This document shows positions 22,434 through 32,070 of a stretch of DNA of 64,000 bases, in pieces (position 1 is the first letter of the stretch; every line of letters begins with the position of its first letter). Source of the DNA: an uncultured Gemmatimonadales bacterium. Its GTDB lineage: Bacteria; Gemmatimonadota; Gemmatimonadetes; Gemmatimonadales; GWC2-71-9. Both the position numbers and the translations under genes were made by a program. A model generated the notes under the pieces. It did not search any database and was not told the origin of the DNA. It saw only the letters and a program-made list of their open reading frames with translations. The DNA lies in NCBI GenBank assembly GCA_963739455.1, contig CAVUAK010000001.1:1824001-1888000 (forward strand), read 5' to 3'.

Positions 22434-22456
22434 GACCCGAGGACGTGAGGACGTGA
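22433..22456 (+). repeat. Orphan octamer tandem tract (ggacccga ggacgtga ggacgtga)
   Basis: Same unit family as the four-helix-bundle flanks; begins in the SDR TAG stop. Confidence 0.6.
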
Positions 22457-22482
22457 AGAAACAACCTTCAAGAGGTCCTGTG

Positions 22483-24036
22483 ATGCCCGCCGTACGCTAT
22501 GCAGCGCTACTGCTGCTGCTATTCCCTGCGCCAGCCATCGCACAGTCCGTCCCGATGCTGCCCGACTCATCCGGCTGGGGGGTCCAGATCCTCACCGATG
22601 TGACAGCGCCCGACGGGTCGCGGTGGGTCGGTACCTACGCCGAGGGAATCTTCGTGCTCAAGCGCGGTGCAAGGGCGTGGGAACGGATCCGCTCCGATAC
22701 GACTGACACCTCCATCTCCATGGACTTCATCAACGCCATTGCGTTCGGCCCACGGGGGGAGGTGTGGTATGGCACGGTGGGGAACGGCTGGGGGCTGTCG
22801 ACCGACGGCGGCAGGACCTGGCGCAACTGGACCATCAAGCAACTGGGACCGGAGTGGCAGTACGTCACCCCCGAGGGCATCAGCACCAAGGGTGATACCA
22901 CCGTGATCGGAACTGCCGATGGCCTGCAGATTACCACTGACAACGGCGAGCACTGGACGGCGATCATCGACGGCACCGGCCCCGCAGCCCGTGGCCCCGC
23001 CGATGCCGCGTTCGTCCTGCTCGACGACGAATACGTGCTCGCGCTCTCGGCGGTGAAGGGCGGGTGGCACGTGCAGACGCTGACCGGCACCATGATGCTG
23101 GCTGCATCCGGTGGGAAATGGCGCCGCGGTGGCGCGGCGGATGCCGGCGCCTCTGCGCGGGTAGCCACGGTCGTGAAGGGCAAGCCGTTGTCGTGCAGTT
23201 TCGCGGCGGGTGCGTCGCAGTGCACCCGGATGGTCGGCCCCGCGCCGGCTGCCGCTCCGCCGGCTGCGCCTCGCACGACATGGTTTGGCCGACCGATTGC
23301 ACCTCCCGCCAACGACAACATCGACCAGACCTACCGCTACGGCAGCACCATGGGTGGCTTCTTCCAGCCGCATCAGGGGGTTGAGTTCAACAATCCCGAC
23401 GGCACCCCCGTGCTGGCGATCGGCGACGGGGTGGTGGTCTACTCCGGGCCGGCGGAGGCGGGCGCGCTGACCGTGTCGATCCTGCACGATCGGAAGCTTC
23501 CCGTGAACGGCGACACGCTGCTCATCTTCTCCGTCTACTACCACAACAGCGGGCTGGACGTGAAAGTGGGCGACCGCGTCAAGGCTGGGCAGCCGATCTC
23601 ACGCGTGGGGAATACCGGGCGAGCCACCAATGATCACCTGCATCTCGAGGTGCATGCGGCGCCTGATACGGTCATCAAGACCATCGTCGACTCGCTGAAC
23701 CGGTACCCCAGCTACACCACCAACCCGGAGCTCTGGATCCAGCCACTGCCGGGCACCGGCATCGTCGCCGGCGTCGTGCGCGATGCCTCGGGCGCCAGGG
23801 TGAAGCAGGCGCGCGTGTATGGCATCGTGAAGCCGACGCCGCGCGAGACGCCCTACGCCTACGCCGAGACGTACGGCGACAAGAACCATCCCAATCCGCT
23901 CTATGGGGAGGATTTTGCCGTGGGCGATGTTCCGCCGGGGGAGTACCTCATGGGCGTGGATATCGATGGCAAGCCGGTGCGGCGACGCGTCAAGGTCGAG
24001 GCCGGCAAGATGACGTGGGTAGAGTTCCACCCATAG
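22483..24036 (+). CDS. Secreted M23 peptidase-domain protein with N-terminal BNR/beta-propeller-like region
   Basis: Signal peptide, Asp-box-like STDGGRTW and TTDNGEHW, M23 motifs HQGVEF and VGNTGRATNDHLHLEV. Confidence 0.85.
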   Translation: MPAVRYAALLLLLFPAPAIAQSVPMLPDSSGWGVQILTDVTAPDGSRWVGTYAEGIFVLKRGARAWERIRSDTTDTSISMDFINAIAFGPRGEVWYGTVGNGWGLSTDGGRTWRNWTIKQLGPEWQYVTPEGISTKGDTTVIGTADGLQITTDNGEHWTAIIDGTGPAARGPADAAFVLLDDEYVLALSAVKGGWHVQTLTGTMMLAASGGKWRRGGAADAGASARVATVVKGKPLSCSFAAGASQCTRMVGPAPAAAPPAAPRTTWFGRPIAPPANDNIDQTYRYGSTMGGFFQPHQGVEFNNPDGTPVLAIGDGVVVYSGPAEAGALTVSILHDRKLPVNGDTLLIFSVYYHNSGLDVKVGDRVKAGQPISRVGNTGRATNDHLHLEVHAAPDTVIKTIVDSLNRYPSYTTNPELWIQPLPGTGIVAGVVRDASGARVKQARVYGIVKPTPRETPYAYAETYGDKNHPNPLYGEDFAVGDVPPGEYLMGVDIDGKPVRRRVKVEAGKMTWVEFHP

Positions 24037-24635
24037 TGTTCATCGAACTCACGGACCACCTTCGCTGTCCTGAGGATCACGAGGAAGCCTACCTCGTGCT
24101 CCTGCCCGACTCTGTCGTGCAGCGCTCGGTGCAGGCCGGCGAGCTCGGCTGCCCCATTTGCCACCGTACTTTCTACGTCAAGGACGGCGTTCTCGATGTC
24201 GGCGACGCGCCGCCGCCAGACGAAGCGGAGCCATCGCTGGATGGTGGCTCCGTTGCGGCGCTGACCGGCCTTGGTGGTCCCGGCGGTTACCTGGTGCTGG
24301 TGGGCCCCATCGCGGGGCGCTGGCGGGAGGTCGAAGCGGTGCTGAACGGCGTGTCGACCGTCGCAGTCAACGGTCCGGCGTCGCTGGCGGATGCCCGGGG
24401 CCTGAGCGTCCTGCGCAGTGCCCGGCTGCCACTTAAGACGGCATCGATGCGGGGTGTGGTCCTGAGTGGCACCTTCGGGAGCGACGCGGCCTGGATTCGT
24501 GAGGCAGCCCGGGTACTGCTGCCAGGCTTGCGCGTGGTTGGCGAGGGACCGGACCCCGATCCCGCATTGCTCGACATGATCGCAAGTGCAGGCGGGTGGT
24601 GGGTGGCGACCGGCCGGAAAACCCTGGCGCCCTAG
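24036..24635 (+). CDS. Hypothetical protein with Trm112-like N-terminus and methyltransferase-like remnant
   Basis: LTDHLRCP...GELGCPICHRTFYVKDGV; C-terminal REAARVLLPG. Confidence 0.65.
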   Translation: MFIELTDHLRCPEDHEEAYLVLLPDSVVQRSVQAGELGCPICHRTFYVKDGVLDVGDAPPPDEAEPSLDGGSVAALTGLGGPGGYLVLVGPIAGRWREVEAVLNGVSTVAVNGPASLADARGLSVLRSARLPLKTASMRGVVLSGTFGSDAAWIREAARVLLPGLRVVGEGPDPDPALLDMIASAGGWWVATGRKTLAP

Positions 24636-26464
24636 TTCGCGCCTGGCCCCTCGAGGTACGCGGCCTCGATGCGGTCCCGATATCGCTGCTCCACGATGCG
24701 CCGACGCACCTTGAGCGTTGGGGTCAGCTCGCCCGCCTCGATACTGAAGTCTTCCTTTACCAGCACAAACCGCTTCGGCACCTCGTAGCGCGCCAGGTCA
24801 CGCAGCATGCGCTTCACCTCGCGCTCGATTTTCTCGTGCGTCTCGGACCTGGCCAGGAGCGCATCGTCGTCGATGAAGGCGTACTCATGCCGCTTCGCCC
24901 ATTCTCGCAGCAGGGGCAGGTTCGGCACCACCAGCATGATGGGGTAGGCGCGCCGATCACCCAGCATCACCGCGTTGAGCACCCACTTGCTGGTGCGCAC
25001 GACGTTCTCGATGGGCTGGGGGGCAATGTTCTTGCCGCCGGCGGTGACGATGAGGTCCTTCTTCCGGTCGGTGATGCGCAGGAAACCGTCTGCGTCGATC
25101 TCGCCGATGTCGCCGGTGTGGAACCAGCCGTCCGGCTCGAGTACCTCGCGCGTGGCGTCGGGCTTGTTGAAGTAGCCCATCATGACGTTGGGGCCTCGGG
25201 TCATGATCTCGCCATCGGGCGCGATCTTCACCTCATTGCCCGGCAGGGGCTTGCCTACGCTGCCGAGGCGCAGGTCCTTGAAGGTATTGACCGAGATGAC
25301 CGGTGAGGTCTCCGTCAGTCCGTACCCCTCGAGGATCGGCAGTTTCGCCGCGAGGAAGAAGCGTGCGATGTCCGCATTGAGCGGCGCACCGCCCGACACG
25401 AAGAAGCGAAGCCGGTTGCCGGTGCGGTCGCGCAGCTTCCGGAACACCAGGCGGTCAGCCACGCCCCGCTGGGCCGCCAGTGCGAGGGGCACCTGCTTCC
25501 CCGCCAGGGTCAGGTCGACACACGTTTCGCCAACGCGCTTGGCCCACCGGAAGATCTGCCGCTTCGCCGCCGAGCCCGCCATCGCGTTCTCCTGGACCCG
25601 GGCATAGATCTTCTCGTACAGGCGCGGCACCGAGCACATGATAGTCGGGCGGATCTCGCCCATGTCTGCCGACACGGTATCAATGCTGCCGGCATAGTTG
25701 ATGATGGCGCCGGCGTGCAGCATCAGGTAGTGCCCCGCCATGCGCTCGAAGATGTGCGACAACGGCAGGAAGGACAGGCACTCCTGCTGCCCCGGATCCT
25801 CCTGGATGGGAATGCGCTGCAGCCCGGCGAGCACGTTCGACGTGATGTTCCCGTGGGTCAGCATCACCCCCTTGGGGTCCCCGGTGGTGCCCGACGTGTA
25901 GATGATCGTGGCGAGGTCGCCCGGCCGGGCCATCAGCGACTCGGCGTCCCAGCCTTCCACCGGCAGGGCGCGGCCAAGCGCCTCCAGGTCACTGAACGAG
26001 AGCACATCCGGCCCATGTGCTGAGCCCTCGAATGCCACCACATGACGGAGGGCGGGCAGCGCTGAGCGCACTTCGAGCACCTTGTCGAGCATCGCCTGCG
26101 AGGACGCGAACGCCGCGACGGCGCCGGAGTCGCGCAGGATGTACTCGACCTGTGTCGCCGGAAGGGTGGGGTAGATGGGCACATCGGCGGCGCCCAGGGC
26201 GAGCACTGCGTAGTCCACGAGCGCCCACTCGGGGCAGTTCTCGGAGAGGATGGCGACGCGGTCACCCTTCCGGATCCCAAGGTTCGCGAGGGCCAGGCTG
26301 ACGGCGCGGGTGCGATCGTGCAATTGCTGGAAGGAAATCGGTGTCCACTGGCCGCCGGCTGGCTTCCAGCGCATGGCGACGGCACGCTCCCGGTAGCGCG
26401 CGATGGCGCCGAGGAAGAGTTCGTTGAGCGTACTGGGCGACGTGGGTGACGGGGCGGTGGTCAC
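24632..26464 (-). CDS. Long-chain fatty acid-CoA ligase (AMP-dependent synthetase)
   Basis: YTSGTTGDPKG, SFLPLSHIFER, GYGLTETSP, GWFHTGDIG, RKKDLIVTAGGKNIAPQ. Confidence 0.95.
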   Translation of the reverse strand: MTTAPSPTSPSTLNELFLGAIARYRERAVAMRWKPAGGQWTPISFQQLHDRTRAVSLALANLGIRKGDRVAILSENCPEWALVDYAVLALGAADVPIYPTLPATQVEYILRDSGAVAAFASSQAMLDKVLEVRSALPALRHVVAFEGSAHGPDVLSFSDLEALGRALPVEGWDAESLMARPGDLATIIYTSGTTGDPKGVMLTHGNITSNVLAGLQRIPIQEDPGQQECLSFLPLSHIFERMAGHYLMLHAGAIINYAGSIDTVSADMGEIRPTIMCSVPRLYEKIYARVQENAMAGSAAKRQIFRWAKRVGETCVDLTLAGKQVPLALAAQRGVADRLVFRKLRDRTGNRLRFFVSGGAPLNADIARFFLAAKLPILEGYGLTETSPVISVNTFKDLRLGSVGKPLPGNEVKIAPDGEIMTRGPNVMMGYFNKPDATREVLEPDGWFHTGDIGEIDADGFLRITDRKKDLIVTAGGKNIAPQPIENVVRTSKWVLNAVMLGDRRAYPIMLVVPNLPLLREWAKRHEYAFIDDDALLARSETHEKIEREVKRMLRDLARYEVPKRFVLVKEDFSIEAGELTPTLKVRRRIVEQRYRDRIEAAYLEGPGAN

Positions 26465-26479
26465 GCCGATGTCCTCCCG

Positions 26480-27187
26480 CTATTCGAAGAGAACCAGGAA
26501 CTTCTGGCCCGAGCCAGGAACTGGCGCACCTGAGGCTTGCGTCGCGGTCACCTCGATCAGGACGGAATCGGGTGCGGTGCGGCCGATGACCCGGGAAACG
26601 GTGATTCCATTTGGCGTGCCGTCGGCGGTCGTCAACACCGAGTCGACCAGGCGCAGGTTCGGCAGGGCCACGTTCTGAAGCCCGGTGGTATCGGCGAAGG
26701 TCGGCTTCACGATGGTAAAGATGAGGCGCCGCGCGGTCACCGGCCCGGCGGGATTGTCCGACGCCAGCACCGGGAGCAGGGCCAGGCTTGAAGGCTCACC
26801 ACTGGCCACGGTCTGTATGGAGTCGGCGGGCAGGATGATCGTGTCCGGCCGCGCCAGGATGGTGAGCGTGAAGAACCCGGTGGTGAGCGAGCCAAGCTTG
26901 GCCTGCAGCCGGCCCACACTGTTCGGCTTCACGCCCGTGACCAGCCCGGTTGCCGGATCGATGATATTGATCGTCGAGTCGTCAGGCGTCAGCCACACGA
27001 CTGGTGCAGCGACGCTGTCACCCGCCTGGTTGAGCGGAATCGCGATGTACTGTGTCGTGTCGCCGAAGTCGATAATGGGAGGCTGCGGCGCAATTACCTG
27101 GATCTCGATGACACCGTCGGCGAGTTCCCCGGCATTGCTGCAGGAGACCAGGCCAAGCACAAGCGCGACACGCGCGACACCCTTCAC
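26480..27187 (-). CDS. Lipoprotein with Ig-like (Big-type) domain(s)
   Basis: Lipobox LVSC; beta-rich sequence with W...IIDPATGLVTG. Confidence 0.7.
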   Translation of the reverse strand: MKGVARVALVLGLVSCSNAGELADGVIEIQVIAPQPPIIDFGDTTQYIAIPLNQAGDSVAAPVVWLTPDDSTINIIDPATGLVTGVKPNSVGRLQAKLGSLTTGFFTLTILARPDTIILPADSIQTVASGEPSSLALLPVLASDNPAGPVTARRLIFTIVKPTFADTTGLQNVALPNLRLVDSVLTTADGTPNGITVSRVIGRTAPDSVLIEVTATQASGAPVPGSGQKFLVLFE

Positions 27188-27615
27188 CGCGACTCCGGCT
27201 GGGCCGTCAGCTGGCGCAACGCCTCCTCGGCATGCTGCACCCAGCGCTCCGCATCGGTGCCCTTGGGCGGCCGGGCCAGGAACTCCCGCAGGTGCACTGA
27301 CGCCGCCTCGGTCTCGCCGCGCTTGAGCAGCAGGAACGCGAGCCCGTAGTGCGCGCCAACCAGTGACGGGTCCACCTCGAGCGCGCGGCGGTAGAGGCGG
27401 ATGGCCTCCTCCTGCTGCGCCGTCTTGGTGAACGCGATCGCCATGTTGAGCATGATGCGGGCGTCGTTCGGGTTGTCGCGATGCGCCAGCCGGTACGAGG
27501 TCAGGGCTGCCTCGTAGTCTCCCTGACGCTCGAGGGCCAGGGCCTCATTCAGGTAATCCAGCCGTTGCGGGCTGACGTTGTCCTTGCCCCCGAAAAGTCG
27601 TCGCCAGATGCTCAT
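27184..27615 (-). CDS. Tetratricopeptide repeat protein
   Basis: GDYEAALTSYRLA, EAIRLYRRALEVDP, AHYGLA. Confidence 0.85.
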   Translation of the reverse strand: MSIWRRLFGGKDNVSPQRLDYLNEALALERQGDYEAALTSYRLAHRDNPNDARIMLNMAIAFTKTAQQEEAIRLYRRALEVDPSLVGAHYGLAFLLLKRGETEAASVHLREFLARPPKGTDAERWVQHAEEALRQLTAQPESR

Positions 27616-27781
27616 GAATGAAGGGCGTTTTCCGGGTGTAAGTGAAAGACTGGCCTGCGCGTGGCTACGTCAGATAGTATTGTAGTCCGTGGGCGCAGAG
27701 CACCGCAACGCAGTCGCTCGCCCGAGCCGGTTCCCGGCGCCCGTATCTGCTGCTCCAACTCACCCTTCCGCGGGAGCTCTT

Positions 27782-28288
27782 ATGCGTCGGCCACCGCCGT
27801 CGGGCCCACGTGGCACCCTCGTGGTGGACTGGGCCTTCTTCGGCGAGATCAGCCGGGCCCTGGCGCTGCACGTGGCCCGCGAATACCAGCCGGAGGTGGT
27901 GTTGGGTATCGCCAAGGCCGGCGTCATTCCCGGCGCCGTGGTCGCGTCGATCCTGCAATGCGACTTCGCCTCCATGATCGTGACCCGCCAGGAGGCAGGG
28001 GGCGACCCCATCCTCGTTTCCGGTCCGCCCGCCTCCATTCGCGGCCGGCGCGTCCTGATCGTTGACGAAACCTGTGATACCGGACACACCATGCGGCTCG
28101 CGCTGAGTGAGGTCCGCGCGCTCCGCCCCGCCGAAGTCCACACCGCCGTCTCGTTCAAGACGGGCCCATACGCGCCGGACTACCATGCCTTCGAAACCGA
28201 GAACTTCATCATCCTGCCCTGGGACCGCGAAATCGTGCAGAATGGCGAACTCGTAGTCCGCCCCGACTACGCCGCCCGCCTGGGCTGA
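27782..28288 (+). CDS. Phosphoribosyltransferase family protein
   Basis: GIAKAGVIPG, PRPP loop VLIVDETCDTGHTM, IILPWD. Confidence 0.85.
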   Translation: MRRPPPSGPRGTLVVDWAFFGEISRALALHVAREYQPEVVLGIAKAGVIPGAVVASILQCDFASMIVTRQEAGGDPILVSGPPASIRGRRVLIVDETCDTGHTMRLALSEVRALRPAEVHTAVSFKTGPYAPDYHAFETENFIILPWDREIVQNGELVVRPDYAARLG

Positions 28289-28298
28289 TCACACCGAC

Positions 28299-29675
28299 GT
28301 GCTCGAACGACTTCTCGACGCGATCAAGAGCTCCCGCGCCGACTACGCCGACATCCGCCTGGAACGCTCGTCGATCACGAGCGTTGCCTGGCGGGGGCGT
28401 CGGCTCGAGGGGGCAAGCACCGGCACGGACGTGGGTGGCACGATTCGCTGCCTCAACCACGGTCACGGCTGGGGAATCGCGAGCTTCAATCGGCTTGACG
28501 ATCTCGAGGCTCGCCTGGCGCGCGCCCACGAGCTGTCGCTCGCGGTCCGGCCACCCCATGCGGTCGAGCTCGCGGCGGCGCCGGTGCGCGAAGGTCACGT
28601 CCGGCCAGCCCTCGCCGATGATCCGCGGGACATTCCCCTCCTCGAGAAGCGCCGGTACCTGGAGCACCTCAATGCCGAGATGCTGCGTCTTGATCGGCGC
28701 ATCGTCGACACGCAGTCGGCCTACCGCGACGAGGTGACCGAGTGCTGGTTCGTGAACTCCGATGGTACGGCGTTGCACGAGCTTCGCCCCGACGTGACCC
28801 TGTCGGCGCTCGCGGTGGCGCGCGACGGTGGTGTCCTGGAGCGGGCCGTGGAGTCGCTGGGAGCACGCGGTGGCTGGACCAGGGTGCGTGACCAGGAAGA
28901 GCTCTTCCGCGCGGCGGCACGGCGTGCCGTGGGGCTGCTCGATGCCAAGCCGGTGCGGAGCGGGAGCTATCCCGTCGTGCTCGACCCCCGGCTCGCGGGG
29001 GTGGTGGCGCACGAGACTGTCGGTCACCTCTGCGAGGCGGACACCCAGCTCGAGGATCCGGTAGCTGCCGAGCTCGCCGCCCCCGGACGGCAGCTGGGCA
29101 GTGAACTGCTGACCATCGGGGATGACGGCAGCGTCGCGGGACTCCGCGGCACGCTGCCGTTCGACGACGAGGGCACCCCATCCAGCAACACGCTCCTCGT
29201 GCAGCATGGCGTGGTGGTTGGTCGCCTGCACTCGCGCGAGACGGCGGCGCGATTTGGTGAGCGCCCCACCGGGAACGCCCGCGCCCTGTCGTTCCGTCAT
29301 GTACCGCTCGTGCGGCTCACCAATACGTATGTCGCCAACGGCACGGGCACCTTTGCGGACCTGATCCGCGACGTGAAGCTTGGCGTCTACGCTTGTGATG
29401 CCGTTGGCAGCCGGCATCGCGGCGACAGCTTTTCATTCACGGCAGGGCATGGGTACATGATCCGTGACGGCGCGCTGGCCGAGCCGGTGAAGGGTGTCGT
29501 GCTGGCCGGGTTCGTGACGGAAATCCTCGGCGCCGTGGACCGTGTGGCGGGCGACTTCCGCTGGCACGAGTCGGGTGGCGGATGCGGTAAGGGTGGCCAG
29601 TCACCTCTGCCGGTGTCTGAGGGCGCCCCGCATGTCCGGTTGCGCACTGCCGAGGTGCGGGGGCAGGCGCCGTGA
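28299..29675 (+). CDS. tldD: TldD family metalloprotease
   Basis: HETVGH zinc motif, FDDEG, PTGNAR, RLTNT, CGKGGQ. Confidence 0.92.
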   Translation: MLERLLDAIKSSRADYADIRLERSSITSVAWRGRRLEGASTGTDVGGTIRCLNHGHGWGIASFNRLDDLEARLARAHELSLAVRPPHAVELAAAPVREGHVRPALADDPRDIPLLEKRRYLEHLNAEMLRLDRRIVDTQSAYRDEVTECWFVNSDGTALHELRPDVTLSALAVARDGGVLERAVESLGARGGWTRVRDQEELFRAAARRAVGLLDAKPVRSGSYPVVLDPRLAGVVAHETVGHLCEADTQLEDPVAAELAAPGRQLGSELLTIGDDGSVAGLRGTLPFDDEGTPSSNTLLVQHGVVVGRLHSRETAARFGERPTGNARALSFRHVPLVRLTNTYVANGTGTFADLIRDVKLGVYACDAVGSRHRGDSFSFTAGHGYMIRDGALAEPVKGVVLAGFVTEILGAVDRVAGDFRWHESGGGCGKGGQSPLPVSEGAPHVRLRTAEVRGQAP

Positions 29676-30967
29676 TCACCCGGCTGCTCGAGGCCGCGCG
29701 AGCGCGGGCGCAAATGGCCGACGCGGTCGCCAAGACCGACGAGACGCTCACGCTGCGCCTGCGTGACGGCGAGGTCGTTGCCGCACACACCTCAGAGCAG
29801 GCCGGTCACAACCTTCGGGTCGTGGTGGATGGACGGATTGGCGTCGCGGGAAGCTCGGAGCGGGAGCCGGAGGCATTGCTCGAGGCCGCGATCTCGTCCG
29901 CCGCAGCGGGTGACGCCGCGCCACTGCTCCTGCCCAGTCCGTCACCGCTTCCGCGTGTGCACACTTACGTCCCCAGGGCCGCCGCCGCCACCGCGGCAGA
30001 GCTGGGACAATTGGGCGGCCTCCTGACCCAGCGGCTGCGTCATGCTGGCCGGAGCGTCACGGTCCACGTGGAACGATCGGTGGGGTCGGTGCAGGTCGGG
30101 AACACCCGCGGGGTGGACGCCGAGTATCAGGTTACCCTGCTGGCGCTCGACATCGATGTGGTGGGACCGTCTCAGGATGACAGCGTGCACGTGGTCGCGC
30201 ACCTGGCCGGTGCGGACCTTCCCGATGATGCTGCGATCGAGGCGCTCGTCACCGATTTCGAGCAGAGGCTGGAGTGGGCCTCGGCCTCGGCCCCGGCCCC
30301 CGCGACGACGGCGCCAGTGCTGCTGCTCCCCGAGGCCGTCCGCGCGCTGCTGGCCCCGGTGCAGCAGGCTCTCGTGGGCAAGGCATTCCTGCTCGGTACC
30401 TCACCCCTTGCGGACAGTCTCGGTGAAAGGGTTCTGCATCCCAGCCTGTTCCTGACGGACGATCCGCTCCGCGATGGCAAGGCGGGCTCGCGCCCGGTGG
30501 ACGACGAGGGTGTCCCCAGCTTCACGGCGTCGCTGATCGAGGCCGGTGTAATCCGCCGCTGCATCTACGACCTCGAAACGGGCGCGCTCGCCGGGCGTCC
30601 CTCCACCGGCCACGGCCGCCGTTCCACGTTCGGCAAGGCGCAGCCTGCCTTCTCCAACTTCGTGCTGCACGCCGGCGAGGATGACCTTGCGTCCCTCCTC
30701 ACGAAAATGGGCGACGGACTGCTGGTGGACGCAGTCGCGGGGGGCACCGGTGGCAGTTCCCGCTCCGGCACGTTCACCCATCCGGTCGTGCTCGGATACC
30801 GGGTGCAGGGCGGGGAAGTGACTGGGCGCGTCGAGGGAGTCGTCATTGCCGGGAACGTGTTTGATGCCCTTGGGGCCATCGAGGGTATCGGCCGCGATGC
30901 ACGCTGGATCGGGAGCTCACTCCTGCCGCCGCTTCTCCTCCAGGGAGTGACCGTCGCCCCACGCTGA
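29672..30967 (+). CDS. pmbA: PmbA/TldE family protein
   Basis: GSRPVDDEG, STGHG, IAGNVFD; lacks HExxH; coupled to tldD. Confidence 0.85.
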   Translation: MITRLLEAARARAQMADAVAKTDETLTLRLRDGEVVAAHTSEQAGHNLRVVVDGRIGVAGSSEREPEALLEAAISSAAAGDAAPLLLPSPSPLPRVHTYVPRAAAATAAELGQLGGLLTQRLRHAGRSVTVHVERSVGSVQVGNTRGVDAEYQVTLLALDIDVVGPSQDDSVHVVAHLAGADLPDDAAIEALVTDFEQRLEWASASAPAPATTAPVLLLPEAVRALLAPVQQALVGKAFLLGTSPLADSLGERVLHPSLFLTDDPLRDGKAGSRPVDDEGVPSFTASLIEAGVIRRCIYDLETGALAGRPSTGHGRRSTFGKAQPAFSNFVLHAGEDDLASLLTKMGDGLLVDAVAGGTGGSSRSGTFTHPVVLGYRVQGGEVTGRVEGVVIAGNVFDALGAIEGIGRDARWIGSSLLPPLLLQGVTVAPR

Positions 30968-31058
30968 TTTCCCGTCCGGCACTCCCGGTCCGTCCCGTGC
31001 AACCCTTCGCCTCGACCCGCCGTCTAACGCCTCGATACCCACAACGGCCGGAGGTCCA

Positions 31059-32066
31059 ATGTCATTCGTTCGCGCGTCGCTGGGACTGGCGGCGCTTGCC
31101 CTGAGCGTCCCAGGGCTGGTGCAGGCCCAGAAGCAGTTCACCCTGTCAGGCAATGACGTCGCCATCTACAACCTTGCCGGCACCGTGAGTGTTGCGGCCG
31201 GTCGGGGTGACGCGGTGACGGTGGCCGTCACCCCCAAGGGCAGCGATGCCGACAAGCTCACCTTTGGCGAGGGCACGGTCCGCGGACGGAACGCGCTCCG
31301 GGTTCTGTATCCGACCGATCGCATCATCTACGATGGCATGGGGCGTGGGAGCAGCACGGAACTCTCGGTGCGGAGCGACGGGACCTTCGGCGGCGACAAT
31401 GAGGACCGGCACGGTAACCGCGGGGGACGGGTCCGGATTACCGGCTCCGGCTCGGGTCTCGAGGCGCACGCCGACATCATCATCAGCGTGCCAGAGGGAA
31501 AGAGCGTAAACGTCTACCTGGGCGTGGGCGACATCACGGCGTCCAACGTGAAGGGCAACCTCCGGCTCGATACCTCCAGTGGCCGCGTGGATGTCAGCGG
31601 TATCAAGGGTGATCTCGGCATCGACACCGGCTCGGGTGACGTCAAGGTGACTGGGGCTTCCGGAAGCTCGGTCTCCATCGACAGCGGCTCGGGCGAGGTG
31701 AATGGAACGGACATCAAGGCGACCTCGCTTGACGTGGATACCGGGTCGGGCGATGTGGAGCTGAGTGACGTGACGTCGGAGGATATCTCGATCGATACCG
31801 GCAGCGGTTCAGTGAACCTCGGGCTCACGACCGCGGTCGACAAGCTGAAGGTGGATACCGGGTCGGGCAATGTGACGATCGCGGTGCCGGGCTCACTCAG
31901 CGCCCAGGTCGCCATAGAGACGGGGAGCGGGGACATCACCACCGATTTCCCGATCCAGGTGCGCAAGACCGGCGGCGATGAACTGATCGGGACAATCGGT
32001 TCCGGCACCGGCCGGATCGACATCGATACCGGCTCGGGTGACGTGAAGCTCCTGAAGCGGCCGTGA
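31059..32066 (+). CDS. Secreted DUF4097/adhesin-like beta-strand repeat protein
   Basis: Signal peptide and many (D/E)TGSG(D/N/S)(V/I) repeats. Confidence 0.85.
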   Translation: MSFVRASLGLAALALSVPGLVQAQKQFTLSGNDVAIYNLAGTVSVAAGRGDAVTVAVTPKGSDADKLTFGEGTVRGRNALRVLYPTDRIIYDGMGRGSSTELSVRSDGTFGGDNEDRHGNRGGRVRITGSGSGLEAHADIIISVPEGKSVNVYLGVGDITASNVKGNLRLDTSSGRVDVSGIKGDLGIDTGSGDVKVTGASGSSVSIDSGSGEVNGTDIKATSLDVDTGSGDVELSDVTSEDISIDTGSGSVNLGLTTAVDKLKVDTGSGNVTIAVPGSLSAQVAIETGSGDITTDFPIQVRKTGGDELIGTIGSGTGRIDIDTGSGDVKLLKRP

Positions 32067-32070
32067 GCCC

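Noticed and set aside
31560..32050. Recurring gataccggctcggg-like DNA repeats as a CRISPR array
   Set aside because: They encode the DTGSG protein repeats of the DUF4097 protein; they are degenerate at third positions and no cas genes are present.
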